Made by a program: the position numbers and the translations under genes | From: Bdellovibrionota bacterium | GTDB lineage: Bacteria > Bdellovibrionota_G > JALEGL01 > DATDPG01 | Reading direction: 5' to 3' | NCBI GenBank assembly: GCA_963668355.1 | Contig: OY764265.1 | Span: forward strand, 1,568,001 to 1,632,000 | DNA length: 64,000 nucleotides | Shown here: positions 41,747 through 50,022 of the stretch, piece after piece | How positions within the stretch are numbered: the stretch's first letter is position 1 | How the letters are laid out: each line of letters opens with the position of its first letter | The notes under the pieces: generated by a model | The model's database searches: none | What the model was told of the DNA's origin: nothing | What the model saw: the letters and a program-made list of their open reading frames with translations, nothing else

Positions 41747-43156
41747 ATGACAGGACCAAAAGACCACTTAAGTTGTTTAGAGCGCGCTATATTTCGGACA
41801 CTTGTTTCTCTAGCCGTGTCTATCTCTATCGCAATGTTTGCCTTTCCTTTTGAACCTGCTTTTTCTGCAGACGTAAACTCAAGGAATAAACTTTCCCAAC
41901 AGAATCGGAACCAAGATTTCGAGAAATCGAACGGTCAATCCAAAGTGAAGGAAAAAAAGGGCGAGGGAAAGGGAGGTGATGAAAAATCTGAGTTTTTTGA
42001 GTCCGAACGTAAGTTTTTTCCTTTCGAGTTTCAGGCAGTTCCCGAAAAATTCCGGGTGAGTGATAAATTTGGAATGTTTGGTATAAATAGCCATTATCTC
42101 GTTGGTCCGGGAGACAAATTTCTTATCAATTTTTGGGGGCGAGTGGATGATAGTCTCATTGTTGTCGTCGATAGTGACAATCAGATGTTCATTCCGCGCA
42201 TTGGAATAGTTGACGCTGGGGGTTTGACCTATGGGGAGCTTGAAACGAGGGTTAGTCAGACCATTAAGAAGGCCATGCGGAATGTGAGATTTTCAGTTTC
42301 CCTCTATGAACGCAGGGAGTTTAAAGTTGATGTCGTGGGAATGGTTGAAAAGCCGGGCTCGATATTGAGCAATGCGCAGATGAGAGCCAGTGAAGTGATT
42401 GCCGCAGCGGGTGGCATTAGTTCCATGGGGTCCCGAAAGTTTATTGAGTTAAGACGAGACAAAAATACGTTTCGAGTGGATGTTCAACAGTATGTTAACT
42501 TTGGAGATACCTCTCTAAATCCGTTTGTGACAGATCATGACATGATTGTGGTTCCACCTCTTAGAGAATACGTCACGATCCGTGGGGCAGTGGTGAATCC
42601 GGGGACTTTTGAGATTCGGAACACAGATCGCTTTAAAGATGTTGTGAGACAGCTGGGCGGTTATTCTGTTCATGCAGATTTATCCGCTCCTATGAAGCTA
42701 TCTCGTGTTACTGAGGAAGGTTCACGAGAGAACTTTTCTATTTTTCACTCGGAAAATCCTAAGGAGGCCCCAAAGGCTCTCCTTGAGAACTCTTTGGTTA
42801 TGAAGAATGGGGACGAAGTTTTTATTCCTTCCCAGTTGGTCGAGATCCCCTCCGAGTCCGACTCTGTTTTTATTACAGGAGAAGTGAAATTGCCGGGCCC
42901 GAAGCCGTATCGTGGAACCATAAAGGCGGAGGAATATATCGGGTTGGCCGGTGGACTCACAAGTAGAGCTGATTATTCAGGAGCAAAGGTGTACACAACG
43001 GGTGGCAAAGAGATGCCTCTTACGAGCCAATCCAGGATCGAACCAGGAGACACAATTTATATCCCCGAACGAACGTTTAAGTTTTGGCAGGATCATTTAA
43101 CAATTGTTGTCACGTTTCTTACATTAGCTACAACCATTATCACGATTACTAAATGA
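41747..43156 (+). CDS. SLBB-repeat polysaccharide export protein (OPX, Wza/KpsD-like)
   Basis: YLVGPGD Poly_export motif, IPRIG, repeated V.G.V..PG / AGG SLBB units, C-terminal hydrophobic helix. Confidence 0.85.
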   Translation: MTGPKDHLSCLERAIFRTLVSLAVSISIAMFAFPFEPAFSADVNSRNKLSQQNRNQDFEKSNGQSKVKEKKGEGKGGDEKSEFFESERKFFPFEFQAVPEKFRVSDKFGMFGINSHYLVGPGDKFLINFWGRVDDSLIVVVDSDNQMFIPRIGIVDAGGLTYGELETRVSQTIKKAMRNVRFSVSLYERREFKVDVVGMVEKPGSILSNAQMRASEVIAAAGGISSMGSRKFIELRRDKNTFRVDVQQYVNFGDTSLNPFVTDHDMIVVPPLREYVTIRGAVVNPGTFEIRNTDRFKDVVRQLGGYSVHADLSAPMKLSRVTEEGSRENFSIFHSENPKEAPKALLENSLVMKNGDEVFIPSQLVEIPSESDSVFITGEVKLPGPKPYRGTIKAEEYIGLAGGLTSRADYSGAKVYTTGGKEMPLTSQSRIEPGDTIYIPERTFKFWQDHLTIVVTFLTLATTIITITK

Positions 43157-43752
43157 GATTTGTTTTCTTCATGAGATTTGCTTTCTTTTGCCTCCTGGTT
43201 CTTGTTTGCTCCCCCGGATCTTCGTTGGGCGAGAGCTATGCAGGTTCAACGTCTCATCAGCACTTTATTGACTTCAGAATGACCTATGTCATTCCGGAGA
43301 CTTCAACCCAGCAGATTCGGTTGCGGAGAGCAACGGGGATTGGTTTTGATTTGGCCTACCAGTTCTATTTTTCAGAGTATTTAGGGTTGGACTTTTCTCC
43401 GGGAGCCTGGTTTATGCGCGTGAAGAACCAAAGTGGGACTGATGCTGCATTATACAGCTTTTTGGTGACGACGGGCTTAGCTTTAAGACCTTTTCCTGAT
43501 ACCTATTTTGATCCGAGTTTTCTTCTTAACGGAGGGGCCTCCTTCACAGATGCAGGGGACTTGGGAAAAGGCCGCTTTAGTTTCCCCTTTTTTTCGCGAG
43601 CGGTCGTAAGTCTCTATCGATATACAAGTCGGTATAAAGACCTCTCTCTCTCATTTGCAGTTTCTGGAACCTATTACCATTACGTTCGTCAGATTTCTCT
43701 CCTTGAGGCAAGAGTGATGGATATTGGTTTAGCACTAAAGGGTTCCTTTTGA
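43153..43752 (+). CDS. Small putative outer-membrane beta-barrel protein
   Basis: Signal peptide, amphipathic strands, C-terminal LALKGSF; ATGA overlap with the OPX gene. Confidence 0.6.
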   Translation: MRFVFFMRFAFFCLLVLVCSPGSSLGESYAGSTSHQHFIDFRMTYVIPETSTQQIRLRRATGIGFDLAYQFYFSEYLGLDFSPGAWFMRVKNQSGTDAALYSFLVTTGLALRPFPDTYFDPSFLLNGGASFTDAGDLGKGRFSFPFFSRAVVSLYRYTSRYKDLSLSFAVSGTYYHYVRQISLLEARVMDIGLALKGSF

Positions 43753-43911
43753 ACTGTTGGTCTGGTTCGGGCTTTTAAAAGGCATAGGATTCCTCTCTCA
43801 GTCTTTTACAGGATGGTTATTAGATATAAACCCTATGGGTAAATTTCTTGGGTTTTGGTCAGGCGGCCTTATTGTTGATCCAACGGCTACTTCATGCTCA
43901 TCCATGGAAAT

Positions 43912-44994
43912 CTAAGGCGCGGTTTTGTCGTGTTCTGCCTTAACGAGTGGATGTGGATAAGTAAAAGGCTCATAATCATCTAGTACCTTTTCATAGTACT
44001 CTGGGGAACCTTTTATGGATCCCAGTAACGTGACTTGTTCGTCTAGGATGTTGTCCCAGAAATATACCGGGCCAGTAGACTCAGATGTCGTTTCCCAGAG
44101 GGAGATAGCATATGTATAGCTCGATATTGTATTACCCCATATAATACCCTTGCCGCCACGAATGCGAACTGCAGCGACAGGTTCGATGGGGTCTTCGAAG
44201 ACATTGTTATAAACTTCAATCCATTCGGTTCCGAAGTTGCTGTCCCCGTTATATTCATCTCCATGTGCATCGACCGTGTGAGAATTTACATTGTTCGCAA
44301 CAAAGTTATTGCGAAACACGTATCGGGCCCCTCGATTTGACGCTACCGCATGACGCGTGGCTGAAAAAAAATTGTCTTCGATGAAAGTGCAATCGGGACT
44401 TCCAAATGGAAAATCGGAATATTCGTCATTGCCCATAACCGTGACGCCATATCCCAAGTTATTTATGGCTGGTTTAAACGTATCCGCAATCTCATTGTGA
44501 TCCACAACGCCGGAGCTGTTTCCCGTGATCAGTACACCAGAATATCCCTGGTATCGGATAACGGAATTGTCTATGCGAAAATCGCGAACATTCTCAAGCT
44601 GTATAGCCTTTTCGGCGGCTATGGAATTTTCTCCAGACACACCATACATATGCAGGTTTGTAACCCGAAAATCAGAAGTGTCTCGTGCTAAGAAAAACGC
44701 AGCGTTTCGAAGGTCAGCATTAACATCGTCGGAACTTCGATAAAGGACAGTCCTTCCATCGGTAGAACCCGAAATTGTGATGTCATCACTTTCGATAAAT
44801 ACAGTTCCGATGAGCTCCCATTCACCCGCAGGAATCACTACGACACCAGCACCGTCGAGTCTATCGATAGTCCGCTGAATGTCGGAGCGACTCCCAGTAG
44901 GTGCGATCTCACGTCTAGTGTCTGAGTGACACCCTAGGATAGAGATCGTGGCCGAGAGGCCCAGTATTGTTAATAGTTTCACAGAAAGTTCCAA
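43912..44994 (-). CDS. Right-handed parallel beta-helix lipoprotein (polysaccharide lyase/hydrolase-like)
   Basis: Lipobox ILGC, DIQ..ID...GAGVVVIPAG cap, Asn-ladder repeats (VDHN, IEDN, FRNN, VYNN, IWGN), C-terminal YPHPL. Confidence 0.75.
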   Translation of the reverse strand: MELSVKLLTILGLSATISILGCHSDTRREIAPTGSRSDIQRTIDRLDGAGVVVIPAGEWELIGTVFIESDDITISGSTDGRTVLYRSSDDVNADLRNAAFFLARDTSDFRVTNLHMYGVSGENSIAAEKAIQLENVRDFRIDNSVIRYQGYSGVLITGNSSGVVDHNEIADTFKPAINNLGYGVTVMGNDEYSDFPFGSPDCTFIEDNFFSATRHAVASNRGARYVFRNNFVANNVNSHTVDAHGDEYNGDSNFGTEWIEVYNNVFEDPIEPVAAVRIRGGKGIIWGNTISSYTYAISLWETTSESTGPVYFWDNILDEQVTLLGSIKGSPEYYEKVLDDYEPFTYPHPLVKAEHDKTAP

Positions 44995-45210
44995 AACTTA
45001 TTGTAACGAGAGCCCCTCTTTAACAAAGAAATTTTCCTAGTAGGTTGGCTTCGGGCAAGCACGGCTTCTTTCTCAGGTTCAAATAGTTGAGAGCGTCGCT
45101 CTCAGTTTTTTGAGACCCGCGGTTTGGCATCGTGTGGCCGTATTTTTAAAATAAAAAAACAATAAATTCAACATGTTGCTGTTTTTTGTGCGCGCGGTTT
45201 TTAAGTTCTA

Positions 45211-45226
45211 TGGCACAGAGCTTGCT
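45211..45226 (+). promoter_or_regulatory. Sigma-54 -24/-12 promoter with upstream IHF-like site
   Basis: Exact TGGCAC-AGAGC-TTGCT; ATTCAACATGTTG at 45166-45178. Confidence 0.75.
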
Positions 45227-45240
45227 TGCATGGTTGGCAA

Positions 45241-46440
45241 ATGAAAGAGCCCATGCTCATAATGATGCTGATCGCGACGTTTGCTTCTTTCGCACTGACG
45301 TTTGGATTGATGCCTATGGTTTTTGGTTTGGCCGGCGTTATCGGTGCGATGGACGAGCCTGGAGGACGGAAGATTCATGTCGTGGCGACTCCGAGAATCG
45401 GAGGCCTGGCCATATTTTTGGGGCTTATTTTTGGCCTTCTGATTTTATGTTTTGCGCTCAGAGGCTCACATGTAGGGATTTCACCTCTGATCTTCTTACT
45501 GGGCGTTCCTATGGCCTTTTTGATTGGATTTGTGGATGACCTAAAGGGGTTAAGGTCTTCTCACAAACTATTGGGCCAATTGGCCCTTGGCGTACTTGTC
45601 TTTTTCTTAGGATTTAAGGTTTCTGCTTTTTCAATTGGTGCCGGATACCGATTGGATTTGGGTGTTCTTTCGTTTCCCGTGACCGTTTTGTGGGTTGCCG
45701 GAGTGATGAATGCGGTCAACTTAATTGACGGATTGGATGGTTTGGCGGGAGGACTCTCGGCGATTGCTTTGTTGGCCATTGGAATATTGTCTTTAATGGT
45801 TGGAAACGTTTTTGGGGCGGGTGTCGCTTTTGTGACGGTGGCCGCCATTTTGGCCTTTTTATGTTTTAATTTCCCTCCGGCTCAAATTTTTATGGGAGAT
45901 TGTGGGAGCATGGTATTGGGGTTTCTTTTGGCCATATTGACCATGTCCATTTCGCCATCCGGAGCCGGGAAGGTGTCTGTTTTTGTCCCCGTATTTTTGT
46001 TGGCTCTTCCTTTTGTAGATATGTTCGTTGCGATTCTCAGAAGAGCAATTCGGGCAAATGACAAACAGGTGGAGATGAATCGAAGTGGTTTTCGAAGATT
46101 TGTGAAGGCGATGGTGGTGGAAGTGTTGGCTGCAGATGGAGATCATATTCATCATCGCTTGATTGCCCGAGGTCACTCCACTCGAAAAGTGGTTCTTTCT
46201 CTGTATTTTTTGTCTGCCATGGCTTCGATTTCTGCGGGTGCTGTGTTTTTAATGCCCACGGTGTTGGGGTGGATGCTCGTATCTTTTTTGGTGGTGATTT
46301 GTCACCAACTCGTCTTGTCCTTGGAGTATGAAGAGTTTTTACCTCCGAATTTGCGTAGGCTTCGGCGCCAACTCAATGTGGAGCAAACGATAGAATCAAA
46401 GGGCTCTTTGATTCAGAGAGTTTCTGAATCTTCGAGATAA
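45241..46440 (+). CDS. wecA: Undecaprenyl-phosphate GlcNAc-1-phosphate transferase (WecA/TagO, MraY family)
   Basis: DEPGGRKIH, PRIGGLAI, GFVDD, NAVNLIDGLDGLA, IFMGDCGS, HIHHRL. Confidence 0.93.
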   Translation: MKEPMLIMMLIATFASFALTFGLMPMVFGLAGVIGAMDEPGGRKIHVVATPRIGGLAIFLGLIFGLLILCFALRGSHVGISPLIFLLGVPMAFLIGFVDDLKGLRSSHKLLGQLALGVLVFFLGFKVSAFSIGAGYRLDLGVLSFPVTVLWVAGVMNAVNLIDGLDGLAGGLSAIALLAIGILSLMVGNVFGAGVAFVTVAAILAFLCFNFPPAQIFMGDCGSMVLGFLLAILTMSISPSGAGKVSVFVPVFLLALPFVDMFVAILRRAIRANDKQVEMNRSGFRRFVKAMVVEVLAADGDHIHHRLIARGHSTRKVVLSLYFLSAMASISAGAVFLMPTVLGWMLVSFLVVICHQLVLSLEYEEFLPPNLRRLRRQLNVEQTIESKGSLIQRVSESSR

Positions 46441-46442
46441 TT

Positions 46443-47696
46443 CTATTTGTAGGCCATGGGGTCTTCTTGCCAGCCCGTGAACTTTGCCGCACCAAGATTG
46501 TTTGCACTGGAAACTCTCATGTAAATGGTTTGTGGTTCCAGGATGGGAACCCATCCCGAGTTCAAGTTGACGGTTTCTGCCTCTTGAAGACGCACTTGAA
46601 TGCTGTCTGAAGCTCTTGTCTCGCCGACTGTTTCTACACCCGTCACCATTAAGTAGGTGTCTATTTCACCTCCTCCAGCCAATCCATCAATGTAAGTCTG
46701 AAACCAGCCCATTTCGGCCGTAACCGGAATTACGTTGAGAATGTGTTTTTCAAACCCGGTAGAGTCTGCGCCAGATTGTGTTTCAATGACTAATTCATTA
46801 AAGGCGATATATCTTCCATGTGAGGCCTTAAATGCATTGATCTGTGAAACTCCTGAACTGGTCGATGCCGAGCCAATATAGGACCATGAGCTATACCCGG
46901 AGGGGCCAGCAGATGTTTTATCGTTGGGAGGAGTCTGGGAGGCTACAATATCAAATGTGCGGCCGGTAGTGGCCGGAATGGCATAGAGGTAATAAGCAAT
47001 GTTTTTGTCAAACACGCTTTCGGAATCCAATCCCCCTCTTGGGTTTTCTGTTTGGCTAATATTCACCGTAGCGGGATTGGTTGAATCGGTATTTGCGTAG
47101 AGTTTTCCGTCGATGTTGACGACAGCGGGGCTTGCTTTGCTTCCAGGAACCGTAACAACGGTACCGCTTGATGTGGCAGTGTAGGCAGGTTTATGAGAAG
47201 CGGTGATGCGCTCGTACCAGGAGAGTTGGGTTCCCCATTGCCAGAAGTCGCCGTTTAGCATTTCTCTTTGAACCCAGGGAATCCACAGTGTGTTTTCATC
47301 TGTTCGGTGAAAGAGGACGACGGGGCCTGAGGTTTCGGTTCGTTCGGGGACGGTGCCGCCTGCTGCGATTTCGAGGGCTTCGACGGTTTGGTTGGTTTCG
47401 GGGGCGATGGCGCGCTCAAAATAGGCGACGTCGTTTTCATTAGTGAGTGGGATGGGGGAGGCAGCGGTTGTGATGGTCGTGACTTTGTCGGTGCGGTGAT
47501 CTCTTACGACAATATTTCCGGTAAAGGAGACTTGTTTGTTGGTGGAATCCCAGGAGATTTTTCCGCCTCCGGAGATCGTTAAATTGCGGTCTTCGGGAAC
47601 CTCGGTCAGCACCGAGGAAGGCGTTTCATCCAACCCACAAGAAGTGAGCGCGAGAGCGATTGTAAATAACCAAAGGAATGATGTGTTGATTTTCAT
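46443..47696 (-). CDS. Surface lipoprotein, constant N-terminus with variable phage-tail-fibre-like C-terminal half (copy 2)
   Basis: Lipobox LTSC; first 172 aa identical to the neighbour; GGLD..AYYLYAI..PSGYSSWSYIGS motif; AAGGAG RBS. Confidence 0.8.
   Translation of the reverse strand: MKINTSFLWLFTIALALTSCGLDETPSSVLTEVPEDRNLTISGGGKISWDSTNKQVSFTGNIVVRDHRTDKVTTITTAASPIPLTNENDVAYFERAIAPETNQTVEALEIAAGGTVPERTETSGPVVLFHRTDENTLWIPWVQREMLNGDFWQWGTQLSWYERITASHKPAYTATSSGTVVTVPGSKASPAVVNIDGKLYANTDSTNPATVNISQTENPRGGLDSESVFDKNIAYYLYAIPATTGRTFDIVASQTPPNDKTSAGPSGYSSWSYIGSASTSSGVSQINAFKASHGRYIAFNELVIETQSGADSTGFEKHILNVIPVTAEMGWFQTYIDGLAGGGEIDTYLMVTGVETVGETRASDSIQVRLQEAETVNLNSGWVPILEPQTIYMRVSSANNLGAAKFTGWQEDPMAYK
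46444..46475. repeat. 32-bp exact repeat at the 3' ends of both tandem lipoprotein genes (second copy 47713-47744)
   Basis: tatttgtaggccatggggtcttcttgccagcc in both; encodes GWQEDPMAYK. Confidence 0.95.
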
Positions 47697-47710
47697 GTCT
47701 GTCTCCTTGT
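47181..47710. repeat. 530-bp direct repeat, copy A (copy B at 48405-48934)
   Basis: Aligned by eye at offset 1224; about 14 substitutions, no indels; includes the RBS. Confidence 0.95.
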
Positions 47711-47711
47711 T

Positions 47712-48920
47712 TTATTTGTAGGCCATGGGGTCTTCTTGCCAGCCTTTGAGACTAAAAGAAACGATGTTGTTCCCGTTTTGTAGATTGAGATAAATAGTAG
47801 CTGGAGTGGTGAGAGATGTTTCTACATCGTTGTATACGATAATGGTTGGATCTGTTTGGGTTCTAACGAATCCAGTGCAGGCCTCCACTCCTCCAATACA
47901 TCCCCAGCGATCTGAAACAGTCCCTGAAATTTGTAGTCTTCCTGAAACTTTGGTTGCTGTTGTTGGACAGTTTTCTATTGTTTTCGCTGTGGCGTCTGTG
48001 CTTTCTGTCAATTGTTCACTCGCAATATAGGTTCCTGCGTTCTGAAAATTTCCTAGACTTGCGAAAAAGCTATCGACTTCGACTAGGGTATTGTCTGTTG
48101 CGAAAGAACCAAGGTATGACCAAGAACTAAAGCTTGTTGGTCCAGGGCTTAAATCATTGGGTGCTGTGGTTGAGGAAACGAGGTCGAACGTTCGGCCTGT
48201 GGTCGCCGGTATGGCGTAGAGGTAATAAGCAGTATTGGCTGATTTGGTTTCTGTGTCTAGTCCCCCTCGCCCGGTTGTGTCTAAGTCCATGACGGTGCGT
48301 GAAGTATTTGCGTAGAGTTTTCCATCGATATTAACGACTGCCGGAGAAGAGGGACTCGCGGGAACTGCGACTTGGGAATCATCTTCATTGATGCCGTTGT
48401 TTCTGTAGGCAGGTTTATGAGAAGCGGTGATTCTTTCGTACCAGGAGAGTTGGGTTCCCCATTGCCAGAAGTCGCCGTTTAGCATTTCTCTTTGAACCCA
48501 GGGAATCCACAGTGTGTTTTCATCGGTTCGGTGAAAGAGAACAACGGGGCCTGAGGTTTCGGTTCGTTCGGGGACTGTGCCGCCTGCTGCGATTTCGAGG
48601 GCTTCGACGGTTTGGTTGGTTTCGGGGGCGATGGCGCGCTCAAAATAGGCGACGTCGTTTTCATTAGTGAGTGGGATGGGGGAGGCAGCAGTTGTGATGG
48701 TCGTGACTTTGTCGGTGCGGTGATCTCTTACGACAATATTTCCGGTAAAGGAGACTTGTTTGTTGGTGGAATCCCAGGAGATTTTTCCGCCTCCGGAGAT
48801 CGTTAAATTGCGGTCTTCGGGAACCTCGGTCAACACCGAGGAGGGTGTTTCATCCAACCCACAGGAAGTAAGCGCGAGAGCGATCGTAAATAACCAAAGG
48901 AATGATGTGTTGATTTTCAT
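47712..48920 (-). CDS. Surface lipoprotein, constant N-terminus with variable phage-tail-fibre-like C-terminal half (copy 1)
   Basis: Same lipobox and constant region; GGLDTETKSANTAYYLYAIP motif; ends GWQEDPMAYK. Confidence 0.8.
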   Translation of the reverse strand: MKINTSFLWLFTIALALTSCGLDETPSSVLTEVPEDRNLTISGGGKISWDSTNKQVSFTGNIVVRDHRTDKVTTITTAASPIPLTNENDVAYFERAIAPETNQTVEALEIAAGGTVPERTETSGPVVLFHRTDENTLWIPWVQREMLNGDFWQWGTQLSWYERITASHKPAYRNNGINEDDSQVAVPASPSSPAVVNIDGKLYANTSRTVMDLDTTGRGGLDTETKSANTAYYLYAIPATTGRTFDLVSSTTAPNDLSPGPTSFSSWSYLGSFATDNTLVEVDSFFASLGNFQNAGTYIASEQLTESTDATAKTIENCPTTATKVSGRLQISGTVSDRWGCIGGVEACTGFVRTQTDPTIIVYNDVETSLTTPATIYLNLQNGNNIVSFSLKGWQEDPMAYK

Positions 48921-48934
48921 GTCTGTCTCCTTGT
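48405..48934. repeat. 530-bp direct repeat, copy B
   Basis: Partner of 47181-47710. Confidence 0.95.
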
Positions 48935-48946
48935 CCGTAGACGTTT

Positions 48947-48962
48947 ATCAATGGTCGTGCCA
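48947..48962 (-). promoter_or_regulatory. Sigma-54-like promoter of the tandem lipoproteins
   Basis: Minus strand TGGCAC-GACCA-TTGAT (A instead of C at -12); IHF-like TTTCAGCTGGTTA at 48978-48990. Confidence 0.55.
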
Positions 48963-49082
48963 ATGGTGTTTTTTCCATAACCAGCTGAAATAAAAGAAAA
49001 GTTCAAAAAGGGGCGAGTGCAGTTCTCTCTAAAGGAGGCCGAAAATCGAACTCGGGGGATTCGAATTTCGAAAGGCATCACG

Positions 49083-49883
49083 TTAGAAACGGTAAGTGAG
49101 GAAGGGGCCGTTGAGTTCGAGGCCGGCCTTTTGTTTCTTGGTTTTCTTTTTATAAACGAGGACAGCATCAATGATGCCCCAGGCGGTTGAAACCGCGCCC
49201 AAGCCAATCGATCCCCAAACCAGACCGCGATACACATTGGCGCGGTTAGGGTGTGTAAAGCTTCCGCTCGGGTCCTCTTCGCTTTTAAATAAGAGGTAGA
49301 AGGTGACGCCAGATGCAATTGCGCCGACTTGTGTGCCTAAAAAGGCCCAGGCTTTTCCATCTTCTTGGTTGGCAAATTGTCCGGTCCCAAAGGGCATGTA
49401 TCGTTTCCAGAGTCCCGGACTCAAGGTCTCTGCTTGAGGTTGAGTGGGTTGAATTTGGAGGGAGGAGGTTGGCTTCGCCGGAACGGGTTCGGGTTTTTTC
49501 TTTCGTTTTTTTGTGGGTGGTTTTTTTCCGCGTTTGATGGAGGCGAATAGCGACCGACAGGGGTTGGTTCTCACCAGTTTTTGGATGGATTCAGTGGGAG
49601 AAAACGTCAGAAGGGTTTCAAAGTGGTTTCGGGCTTGGGGGTGGTCTCCCAACTCACAGTACGCCACACCCAGGACTTTATGGGCGAGAATGATTTCTTC
49701 GACGGTGTTGAGCAGCAATTTATCGAGCAAAGGTTTGCTGATCTCAATGGCCGTTTCGTATTCCTTCGCAAGTACTTGCGTTTCAGCCTGCTCTAACTTT
49801 TCCAGGGTCGAACTGGCCGCAAAAACGGGGGAAAGGGTGAATCCAAAGACAATGACCGAAACTAACCAACTCTTGAAGCGCAT
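49083..49883 (-). CDS. Exported TPR-containing protein with Lys/Pro linker and C-terminal membrane region
   Basis: Signal peptide SPVFA, TPR-like AHKVLGVAYCELGD..ARNHFE, PFGTGQFAN membrane motif. Confidence 0.7.
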   Translation of the reverse strand: MRFKSWLVSVIVFGFTLSPVFAASSTLEKLEQAETQVLAKEYETAIEISKPLLDKLLLNTVEEIILAHKVLGVAYCELGDHPQARNHFETLLTFSPTESIQKLVRTNPCRSLFASIKRGKKPPTKKRKKKPEPVPAKPTSSLQIQPTQPQAETLSPGLWKRYMPFGTGQFANQEDGKAWAFLGTQVGAIASGVTFYLLFKSEEDPSGSFTHPNRANVYRGLVWGSIGLGAVSTAWGIIDAVLVYKKKTKKQKAGLELNGPFLTYRF

Positions 49884-50022
49884 TTCTTGTGCAATGAATC
49901 GTAAAATTGGCTTAAACACAAGATTTTCCTTAAAGCGAGATTAGATGCGGCTTTCATGCTGTTCTGATGCGGGTTCTGGCACTTTGCGGCAATTTGGATT
50001 TTCGAGTATATAGGGCTAGATC

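Noticed and set aside
46443..48920. Diversity-generating retroelement (TR/VR) as the cause of the variable lipoproteins
   Set aside because: No reverse transcriptase in the window. Both copies are full genes, and the differences include indels and all bases rather than adenine-specific changes.
46443..48920. Prophage or tailocin remnant
   Set aside because: No capsid, baseplate, sheath, integrase or lysis genes nearby; both proteins have lipoprotein signals.
47181..48934. Assembly artefact duplication
   Set aside because: The copies differ at about 14 positions, all synonymous, and continue into different intact ORFs.
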